Part shown: piece after piece, positions 1 through 6,400 of the stretch
How positions within the stretch are numbered: the first letter of the stretch is position 1
Layout: every line of letters starts with the position of its first letter
Source: Nitrospirota bacterium
Lineage (GTDB): Bacteria; Nitrospirota; Thermodesulfovibrionia; Thermodesulfovibrionales; JdFR-86
Reading direction: 5' to 3'
Assembly (NCBI GenBank): GCA_963721805.1
Contig: CAVRJY010000007.1
Span: 1 to 11,256 of the forward strand
Length of the DNA: 11,256 nucleotides
The notes under the pieces: model-generated
What the model was told of the DNA's origin: nothing
The model's database searches: none
What the model saw: only the letters and a program-made list of their open reading frames with translations
Program-made: the position numbers and the translations under genes

Positions 1-267
1 ACCGAGCTGTGCCTGGCCAAGAACGGCAGGCCGAACATGACGATCACCGTGCCCCGGATCGACGCATACCACCTAGGGCAGCTCTTTTACTTTTTCGAGA
101 TCGCCACGGCATACGCCGGGTTCCTCTACGGCGTCAACCCATTCAACCAGCCCTCGGTCGAGGAGGGCAAGAACTTCACTTACGGCATGATGGGGCGCGA
201 GGGCTACGAGGCCAAGCGCGAAGAGGTCGAGACCGCGCGGAAGAAGAAGGGCGTCAACGTCCTGTAG
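1..267 (+). CDS. pgi: Glucose-6-phosphate isomerase, C-terminal part (5' end outside window)
   Basis: The frame is open from base 1 (TELCLAKNGRPNMTITV...). It contains LGQLFYFFE...AG.LYGVNPFNQPSVEEGK, the PGI C-terminal signature (NPFDQPGVExxK-like) with the catalytic Lys. Stop TAG at 265-267. Confidence 0.9.
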   Translation, partial: TELCLAKNGRPNMTITVPRIDAYHLGQLFYFFEIATAYAGFLYGVNPFNQPSVEEGKNFTYGMMGREGYEAKREEVETARKKKGVNVL

Positions 268-291
268 GAGGCGGCAGGCGGTACGGCGGGC

Positions 292-921
292 TCAGCAGGG
301 GACCGTAAAACGGCAGGCGGCGAACCCGTCGAACATGTGGTATTCAAGCTTGATGCCGCGGCCGAAGACACCCTTCATGGCGTCGAGCTCGAACTTGCAG
401 ACCTCGGGATACCTTTGCGCGACCTCGGCGATAATGCAGTTGTAGATATCTATGACGTGCGTGTCGCCGACCTTCCTGGCCTCCACCATGCCGCCCTTGG
501 AGTTCTTGTGCTCAAGAAAACTGGTTATCTTTTCCGAGCACGTGCAGTGGCGGGGGCAGACCCTCAGGAGGTCGTCGCAGAGTTCGGCGCTCCGGGCCTT
601 CAGCAGCTCGATCACGCCGTCGCGGCCCCGGTCATTCTCGATCAGGCGCAGGATGTCGAGGCAGAACTTCACATAGGCGTGCGGAAAAATACTCGTGCCC
701 TTCTCGGTGAGCGAATAGACGTATATCGGGCGGCCGACTCCGTTGTTTTTCGCGCTGCGCGTGACGATGCCTTTTCTCTCGAGGGCCATCAGGTGCTGAC
801 GGACGGCCATGGGAGTGATGCAGGTCTCGCGGCCAAGTTCGGCCATGCTCAACTTGTCGGATTTCTTCAGCAGAAGAAGGATCTTCTGTCGCATCGGGCT
901 CTCATCTAAAAATTGAACCAT
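292..921 (-). CDS. SufR-like (ArsR/DeoR-type wHTH, COG2345-like) transcriptional regulator with predicted Fe-S ligands
   Basis: N-terminal wHTH (AELGRETCITPMAVRQHLMALERKGIV...GVGRPIYVYSLTEKG...FP). C-terminal C162-X12-C175-X2-E178...C203 matches the SufR ligand pattern (NC...A..YP.VC..EL...G...C.F). Confidence 0.85.
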   Translation of the reverse strand: MVQFLDESPMRQKILLLLKKSDKLSMAELGRETCITPMAVRQHLMALERKGIVTRSAKNNGVGRPIYVYSLTEKGTSIFPHAYVKFCLDILRLIENDRGRDGVIELLKARSAELCDDLLRVCPRHCTCSEKITSFLEHKNSKGGMVEARKVGDTHVIDIYNCIIAEVAQRYPEVCKFELDAMKGVFGRGIKLEYHMFDGFAACRFTVPC

Positions 922-927
922 GCATTA

Positions 928-957
928 AGAATACCACTAACAACATTTTTTTGTTAA
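928..957 (-). promoter_or_regulatory. Predicted sigma70 promoter of the regulator (leaderless), overlapped by a palindromic operator
   Basis: Minus strand: TTAACA (957-952), 18 nt, then TATTCT (933-928) with an extended -10 TG, then 6 nt to ATG at 921. No SD. Perfect inverted repeat TAACAA-N7-TTGTTA at 938-956. Confidence 0.65.
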
Positions 958-1104
958 GTTTTTTTAGGGCAGGCCCTGCCGCCGCCACCTGCTATTACTT
1001 GCATGCGGGCATACGGCCCCGCAGATCTCGGCGCACCCGGCCCCACGAGCGGCTGCGTGGCGGTGGCCTGTTAATATGCACGAGTGCCCCGGCGGATAAA
1101 CAGC

Positions 1105-1133
1105 TTGCCAAACCAGCCACGAGGTGATAGGTT
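1105..1133 (+). promoter_or_regulatory. Predicted sigma70 promoter of the split-Soret-like cytochrome gene
   Basis: TTGCCA (1105-1110), 17 nt, then TAGGTT (1128-1133) with an extended -10 TG at 1125-1126. G-rich SD (GGGGGG) ahead of ATG 1196. Confidence 0.55.
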
Positions 1134-1142
1134 TAAATCACC
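1123..1142. promoter_or_regulatory. Inverted repeat GGTGAT-N8-ATCACC over the -10/+1 region, candidate repressor site
   Basis: Perfect 6-bp arms at 1123-1128 and 1137-1142. Confidence 0.35.
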
Positions 1143-1195
1143 GCTGACTTCGTGCGGCATGGACAGCCATCAGCTGTGACAACGGGGGGATCACG

Positions 1196-1981
1196 ATGGA
1201 TTCGGAAAAGCTAATCGCCGGAGCGTTCTCGAGGAGGGAACTGCTTACGGCAGCCGGGGCCGCCGCGCTAGCGGCGTTGACCCCGGGGGGGCTTGTCCCT
1301 ATCGCCGAGGCCACGGGCGGCGCTACAGAGAAATGGCCATGGCCGTATGAGAAGCTCGACCCGCAGGCGACCGCAGAGCTTGCATATAGCGAGTGGTACC
1401 GCGTCTATTGCGGCGCGGCCGTGATCAGCAGCGTATTCACGCAGCTCAGGGACAAGCTCGGCGGGCCATACGCCTCGTTCCCGGTGGACTCGTTCGTGTT
1501 CCTCGAGGGCGGCATGGCCGGATGGGGCACGATCTGCGGCTCGAACGCCGGGGCCAACATCGTGAGCAACTGCATCATAGGGCCGAGGACCGCGGGGCCT
1601 GAGTGCGAAAACGGGGCGCAGATAGGGGCGGACACGCTCCAGTGGTATAGCGACACGCCGCTTCCTGTGTTCGACCCGAAGCAACCGCGCCAGGGCGTGA
1701 AGATCATCCAGACCACGAGCGGCTCTCCGCTATGCCATGTGTCGGTCGGCAGGTGGATGAAGGCCTCAGGCTATGCGCTCTCGAGCCCCGAGCGCAGGGA
1801 CCGCTGCGCGCGCGTCTCGGCCAGCGTGGCATACCAGCTCGTCCAGCGCCTAAACGACTGGAAGGGCGGCAGGTACGAACCCCTCTCGCAATGGAGGGCC
1901 GCATCGAGCGTAGGCATAACCGCACAGCAAAACTGCACAGGCTGCCACAGCGGGTCCGTGCCGAGCGCGCCCCGGACGTGA
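1196..1981 (+). CDS. Split-Soret cytochrome c-like protein (C-GCAxxG-C-C family), Tat-exported, with predicted Fe-S site and heme c
   Basis: Twin-arginine signal FSRRELL followed by a hydrophobic stretch and AEA. Family-typical WPWPY, YCGAAV, GG.AGWGTICGS, SPLCHVSV..W and ER.DRCAR. A single C-terminal CTGCH heme motif. Confidence 0.8.
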   Translation: MDSEKLIAGAFSRRELLTAAGAAALAALTPGGLVPIAEATGGATEKWPWPYEKLDPQATAELAYSEWYRVYCGAAVISSVFTQLRDKLGGPYASFPVDSFVFLEGGMAGWGTICGSNAGANIVSNCIIGPRTAGPECENGAQIGADTLQWYSDTPLPVFDPKQPRQGVKIIQTTSGSPLCHVSVGRWMKASGYALSSPERRDRCARVSASVAYQLVQRLNDWKGGRYEPLSQWRAASSVGITAQQNCTGCHSGSVPSAPRT

Positions 1982-2039
1982 TGCCATCTTAATGCCGGGC
2001 ATGGCCCGATAGCTGCGGCCGGTCACGGTATCCGCAACG

Positions 2040-2074
2040 AAAAAAGAGGGACACCCCTCGCGGGGCGTCCCTCT
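2040..2074 (-). terminator. Rho-independent terminator downstream of the ferredoxin gene
   Basis: Minus-strand RNA AGAGGGACGCCCC-GCGA-GGGGUGUCCCUCU-UUUUU: 13-bp stem with one G-U pair, GNRA loop and U-tract. Confidence 0.85.
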
Positions 2075-2093
2075 CCTATAGCCTTGGTGTGAA

Positions 2094-2279
2094 CTACATC
2101 TCCTTGATCGTGATAGCGCCCGAGGGGCACACGCCGATGCAGCTCTCGCAAAACACGCACTCGCCCATCTGGTGCGGGTCGGACTTGCCGTCAGTGATCT
2201 GAAAGACCTCGTTGGGGCACACGCTTACGCACTCCTCGCAGCCGGTGCACTTATCGGTGTCAACAGTTACCATGTACAT
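2094..2279 (-). CDS. 2x[4Fe-4S] ferredoxin (61 aa)
   Basis: CTGCEECVSVCP and CVFCESCIGVCP motifs; acidic. Start placed at ATG 2279 because the ORF-track GTG at 2288 lies inside the SD (AAGGAGGTG-aaaatc-ATG). Confidence 0.92.
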   Translation of the reverse strand: MYMVTVDTDKCTGCEECVSVCPNEVFQITDGKSDPHQMGECVFCESCIGVCPSGAITIKEM

Positions 2280-2343
2280 GATTTTCACCTCCTTGATATA
2301 AGGGTTATATAAACTTGCTTATAGTTTAATCCGCTGTCCGCAG

Positions 2344-2392
2344 AAAAGTCCAACCCCGCCGCAGCCGCCGGGCGGCCGCGGCGGGGGGGTTG
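2344..2392 (-). terminator. GC-rich hairpin after dsrP (terminator or mRNA stability element)
   Basis: Arms 2354-2369 and 2371-2386 pair fully on the minus strand (one G-U). Only a short, offset U run follows (2347-2344). Confidence 0.55.
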
Positions 2393-2398
2393 ATCGGT

Positions 2399-3571
2399 TT
2401 AATGAGGGGCCTCGACGCCTCCCTTGCTGAGCTTGATGTCTATCGCGACCTTGTAAAGCGCGCTGAGGATAAAGAACCCCAGGGCCCATACGCCGACCGT
2501 GATCATGATCTCGAGCGCGGTTGCGTGGTAATCAGTGATCTGCTCCATCGGGCTTGGGACGAAGCCGCCGATGACGAGGCCTATGCCCTTGTCTATCCAC
2601 AGCGAGATGAACAGCATGACGCAGGCCCACACAAGCTTCGACTCGTCCTGCCTGATCTTCGGGAACAGGAGCATCACGATCGATATGACCCCGAGTATCG
2701 CCGAGGTCCACATGAACGGTACGAGTACGGCATGGCCGTCGATGCCCTGCCACAGGTACTGGAACGTGGTCTTGTGCTCGGGGATGTTGCTGTAAAACGA
2801 GGTGAAGACCTCAAGCCCGATGAAGAAGGCGTTTAAGAGCGCCGAGTAGGTGACGATGACCGCGAGCTTCTGGATCGCGGCCTTGCCGGCGTCGAAACCC
2901 GTGAATTTCCTGACGATCAGCGCCAAGATGATCAGGAGCGCCGGGCCGCCCGCGAACGCGGATGCCAGGAAGCGGGGCGCCATGATCGCGCTGAGCCAGT
3001 AGTCCCTGGCCGGGAGGCCTGCATACAGGAACGCCGTCACGGTGTGGATGCTGACGGCCCACGGTATCGAGAGGTAGACGAAGGGCTTTATCCACTTCGG
3101 CGGGGCCACCTCGTTGCGCTCGCTCTCGAGGGCCACGAAACCGCAGAGGGCGTTCAGGAAGAGGTAGCCGTTGAGCACGATCATGTCCCAGAACAGGACC
3201 GAGTTGGGCGTGGGGTGCAGGAGCACGTTAAGGGCCCTCATCGGCTTGCCTAGGTCGGCCATGATGAACGTAAGGCACATCACTATTGCCGAGATCGCGA
3301 GGAACTCCCCGAGGACGACTATCTTGCCGAACGTCTTGTAGTCGTGCAGATAGAACGGAAGGACGAGCATAACGGCCGATGCCGCAACGCCGACCAGGAA
3401 CGTGAACTGAGAGATGTACACCCCCCACGAGACGTCCCTGCTCATGCCCGTGATCCCGAGACCGTACTTGAACTGCTGCATATAGGCCAGCGAGCCCATG
3501 ACCACAAGGAGGAAGAGGAACCCCATCCACATCTTGTAAGCCTTGCTGCCTGTAAACGCTCTTTCTAGCAT
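2399..3571 (-). CDS. dsrP: DsrP, NrfD/PsrC-family integral membrane subunit of DsrMKJOP
   Basis: About 10 hydrophobic segments. GLGITGMSRDVSWG.YI.QFTFLVGVAASA, DLGKP.R, SIPWAVSIHTVTAFLY and APRFLASAF are typical DsrP motifs. Follows dsrO. Confidence 0.95.
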   Translation of the reverse strand: MLERAFTGSKAYKMWMGFLFLLVVMGSLAYMQQFKYGLGITGMSRDVSWGVYISQFTFLVGVAASAVMLVLPFYLHDYKTFGKIVVLGEFLAISAIVMCLTFIMADLGKPMRALNVLLHPTPNSVLFWDMIVLNGYLFLNALCGFVALESERNEVAPPKWIKPFVYLSIPWAVSIHTVTAFLYAGLPARDYWLSAIMAPRFLASAFAGGPALLIILALIVRKFTGFDAGKAAIQKLAVIVTYSALLNAFFIGLEVFTSFYSNIPEHKTTFQYLWQGIDGHAVLVPFMWTSAILGVISIVMLLFPKIRQDESKLVWACVMLFISLWIDKGIGLVIGGFVPSPMEQITDYHATALEIMITVGVWALGFFILSALYKVAIDIKLSKGGVEAPH

Positions 3572-3578
3572 ATCACCC

Positions 3579-4367
3579 TCACACTAAGTAGTAAACCGAG
3601 GGGATCGTGCCCAGCTCGGGTTTACGCTGAATGTTGAAATTCTCCGCGAGGACCTTCCTGATATCGGAATTGGGGTCCTTGAGATTCCCAAACACCATCG
3701 CGCCGTTAGAGGCCTCGACGCATGCAGGGATCTTCCCCTTGGCGAGCCGCTCGGTGCAGAAATTGCACTTCTCGACCACGCCGCGCTCCCTGGTCGGGAA
3801 ATCCGGGGTGATTTTCTTTATGTGGGGCCGGGGATCGAGCCAGTTGAAGCTCCTCGCGCCGTACGGGCACGCGGCCATGCAGAAGCGGCAGCCGATGCAG
3901 CGGTGCATGTCCATCTGCGTGATGCCGTCCGGGCTCTTGAACGTGGCCTTGGTCGGGCAGACGCGGACGCACGGCGCGTTTACGCACTGGTTGCAGAGCA
4001 CTCCGACGGGCTTTTCCTCGGTCTCCTTACCCTGGAGCTTGTTCTCCAGAGTGGGGAAGGCGTTCGCAAACGGGGCGGTCCATATCCACTTGATCTCGTG
4101 ATTCTTGTCGGCACCGAAGTCCGGGACGTTGTGGATCGTATGGCAGGCCTCGATGCAGCGCTTGTAGTCATCCTCGGTGAACTTCTTGGTGTTTATGACC
4201 ATGCCCCAGTGTGTGTCGCTGCTGGGCACGATATTGTCGACCTCAGGCGCGGTTTCGGCGGCACTGAGCCCTTTGCCCAAAAGGACGTCGCCAGCGGCGA
4301 TGGCCCCTAGGCCGAGCGCTGCCGCGAGCCCTCCTATCTTCAGAAACTCCCTTCTGTCCATTCCCAT
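3579..4367 (-). CDS. dsrO: DsrO, periplasmic Fe-S subunit with Tat signal
   Basis: MGMDRREFLK Tat motif. CNQCVNAPCVRVCP, CIGCRFCMAACP and CNFC...PAC motifs. Start moved to ATG 4367 (SD GGAGG; 1 nt after the dsrJ stop). Confidence 0.95.
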   Translation of the reverse strand: MGMDRREFLKIGGLAAALGLGAIAAGDVLLGKGLSAAETAPEVDNIVPSSDTHWGMVINTKKFTEDDYKRCIEACHTIHNVPDFGADKNHEIKWIWTAPFANAFPTLENKLQGKETEEKPVGVLCNQCVNAPCVRVCPTKATFKSPDGITQMDMHRCIGCRFCMAACPYGARSFNWLDPRPHIKKITPDFPTRERGVVEKCNFCTERLAKGKIPACVEASNGAMVFGNLKDPNSDIRKVLAENFNIQRKPELGTIPSVYYLV

Positions 4368-4368
4368 A

Positions 4369-4746
4369 TTATTGGACCTCCTTCTTCGGGACGACATGGC
4401 ATTCGAAGCAGTAAGGCCTTACGTCCGCGTACTCGTGGCAGCGGTCACAGAAATTCTTTTTGTTGTCGTGGCAGCGCAGGCAGGTGCGCGTGAGGCTCTT
4501 GTCAAACTTCCTGCCGTCGGTCGAGACGTAAGTGCGCTCGCCGTCGCGGACTGCCTCGTACCGCCAGGCGTCAAGCATCTGCATGTGGTTTTTCAGCATG
4601 TACTCCTTTGACTCCACGCACTTCTTCTCCACGGTCGGGAGTTCCACCTTGGGGAACTCGGCGGTGCCGGTGTTGAGCCAGAAGGGCGCGGTCATGAGCA
4701 CCGCGAATATTACCAGCCCTGTGATTACTTTTCCCGCGTCGTACAT
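4369..4746 (-). CDS. dsrJ: DsrJ, membrane-anchored triheme cytochrome c
   Basis: N-terminal TM helix. Three CxxCH motifs (CLRCH, CDRCH, CFECH) and the conserved CVE...M...HM.ML..WR...VR.G.R segment. ATG overlaps the dsrK stop (TAATG). Confidence 0.95.
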   Translation of the reverse strand: MYDAGKVITGLVIFAVLMTAPFWLNTGTAEFPKVELPTVEKKCVESKEYMLKNHMQMLDAWRYEAVRDGERTYVSTDGRKFDKSLTRTCLRCHDNKKNFCDRCHEYADVRPYCFECHVVPKKEVQ

Positions 4747-6398
4747 TACGCGTCACCTCCTTCAGCCATCGGCCCCGTGGGCCGGACAAGATCGTCGCCC
4801 CTGAGGTCCTTGTCTCTTGCCTTCTCGCCGTCCATGACCAGCGCGTTTCCAACCAGCTCGGAGACGCCGCATACATCGACGCCCGGCACCCAGTAGCGCA
4901 TGGCCGCAAGGAGCGTGGCGCGGTCGATCGCGCAGATGCAGCTGAGCATGTCCACGCCGTGCGTGTCGGCTACGTGCTTGACCGCATTGGCCCTGGGCAG
5001 ACCGCCGCGCATCCTGACGTCCATCAGTTCGTCCGTGTTGAGGCCGGTGCCCGAGCCGCAGCAGAACGTCTGCTCGCGTATCGTGTTTTCCGGCATCTCG
5101 TGAAACGAGTTGACGACATTGTTGAGTATGTAGCGGGGCTCCTCGAGGATGCCCATGCCGCGCGACGTGTTGCACGAGTCGTGGAACGTGACCTTGCGGT
5201 GGTCGTTGCGGCTCGCGTCGAGCTTGAGCTTGCCGTTTTTGATCAGGTCGGCCGTGAACTCGGAGATGTGGACCATCTTGGTCGATTTAGTGTTTTCGAA
5301 CACGGTGCCGGTGACCGGGCTCTTGGGGACTTCCAAGAAATCGGCCGGGCCGTTCATCGTGGACATGTACTGGTGCAGGACGCGCCACATGTGGCCGCAC
5401 TCGCCGCCCAGTATCCACTTGACGCCGAGGCGCTTGGCCTCGTGGTACATCTTGGCGTTGAGCTTCTTCATCATCGTTGTGTTCGTGAACAGGCCGAAGT
5501 TGCCGCCCTCGGACGCGTACGTGCTCATCGTGTAGTCGAGCCCGATGTGCTTGAACAGCAGCATGTAGCCCATCAAGGTGTAGACGCCGGGGTCCGCGAA
5601 CGCGTCGGCCGAAGGCGTGATGAACAGGACCTCGGCGCCCTTTTTATTGAAGGGCACGTCCACTCGGATGCCGGTTGCGTCGAAGAGGTCGTCGCTTAGC
5701 GACTCGACGTTGCTCTTGAAGGTGTGGGGCAGCAGGCCCATGTGGTTGCCGGTGCGGTTGGAGTTGGCGGCCGGCTCGAGGATCCAGTTGATGTTGACGC
5801 CCACGAGGTGCATGATCTCGCGGGCCATCATCGTGACCTCGGCGGTATCGATGCCATAGGGGCAGAAGACCGAGCAGCGGCGGCACTCGGTGCACTGGTA
5901 GAAGTACATGAACCACTCTTTGATCACGTCCTTGGTGAGCTTGCGGCCTCCGGCGATGCGGCCCAGGATCTTTCCGGCGGTCGTAAACTCGCCGCGGTAG
6001 ATCGAGCGCATCAGCTCGGCGCGCAGCACCGGCATGTTTTTGGGGTCGCCCGAGCCGATGAAGAAGTGGCACTTGTCGGCGCATGCGCCGCAGCGGACGC
6101 ATATATCCATAAAGAGCTTGAAGGAGCGGAACTTGTCGAGCCGCTCCCTGATGCCCTCGATGATTATCTCTTTCCAGTTTTCGGGAAGCTTCCAGTCCTC
6201 GTCGGTGGCCTTCCACTCGCGCGGGTTGGGGAAGTGATGGTATTCGAGTATTTTGACCTTGCCCGCGTGGCAGAAGTTGCCGGGCTCGAATACGACCGGC
6301 GTGTCGAACCATTCGGTCGCCGGAGCCTGCCCCTGCAGCAGGTTTGGCTTCTTTATGAGGCTGTCTATAATCTCGGCTGGCTTTATGTTCTTGGCCAT
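4746..6398 (-). CDS. dsrK: DsrK, HdrD-like CCG-domain Fe-S catalytic subunit (DsrC-trisulfide reductase)
   Basis: CVRCGACADKCH and CTECRRCSVFCP clusters; GDPKNMPVLRAEL, GECGHMWR, FHDSCN, TFCCGSG, MRGGLPR and CAIDR. Confidence 0.97.
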   Translation of the reverse strand: MAKNIKPAEIIDSLIKKPNLLQGQAPATEWFDTPVVFEPGNFCHAGKVKILEYHHFPNPREWKATDEDWKLPENWKEIIIEGIRERLDKFRSFKLFMDICVRCGACADKCHFFIGSGDPKNMPVLRAELMRSIYRGEFTTAGKILGRIAGGRKLTKDVIKEWFMYFYQCTECRRCSVFCPYGIDTAEVTMMAREIMHLVGVNINWILEPAANSNRTGNHMGLLPHTFKSNVESLSDDLFDATGIRVDVPFNKKGAEVLFITPSADAFADPGVYTLMGYMLLFKHIGLDYTMSTYASEGGNFGLFTNTTMMKKLNAKMYHEAKRLGVKWILGGECGHMWRVLHQYMSTMNGPADFLEVPKSPVTGTVFENTKSTKMVHISEFTADLIKNGKLKLDASRNDHRKVTFHDSCNTSRGMGILEEPRYILNNVVNSFHEMPENTIREQTFCCGSGTGLNTDELMDVRMRGGLPRANAVKHVADTHGVDMLSCICAIDRATLLAAMRYWVPGVDVCGVSELVGNALVMDGEKARDKDLRGDDLVRPTGPMAEGGDA

Positions 6399-6400
6399 TG

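Noticed and set aside
1123..1170. GGTGAT...TCACC..GCTGA resembles the start of a fluoride (crcB) riboswitch; a similar GTGATGG occurs at 8464 on the + strand
   Set aside because: The pseudoknot and the conserved 3' element are missing. The first copy overlaps the predicted -10, the second is antisense to dsrC, and no fluoride-related gene follows either.
1979..2010. TGA stop of the C-GCAxxG-C-C family gene followed by TGC CAT and a small hairpin (CGGGC-ATG-GCCCG): possible selenocysteine read-through
   Set aside because: The TGA lies after the complete heme motif and a low-complexity tail, not at a conserved Cys position. The extension would run through the terminator and looks non-coding, and the hairpin is too small to call a SECIS.
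2280..2288. ORF-track GTG start for the ferredoxin
   Set aside because: The GTG is part of the SD (GGAGGTG); ATG 2279 has proper spacing.
4368..4397. ORF-track N-terminal extension of DsrO (MSSRRRRSNN)
   Set aside because: It overlaps the dsrJ 3' end. The SD and the Tat motif position favour ATG 4367.
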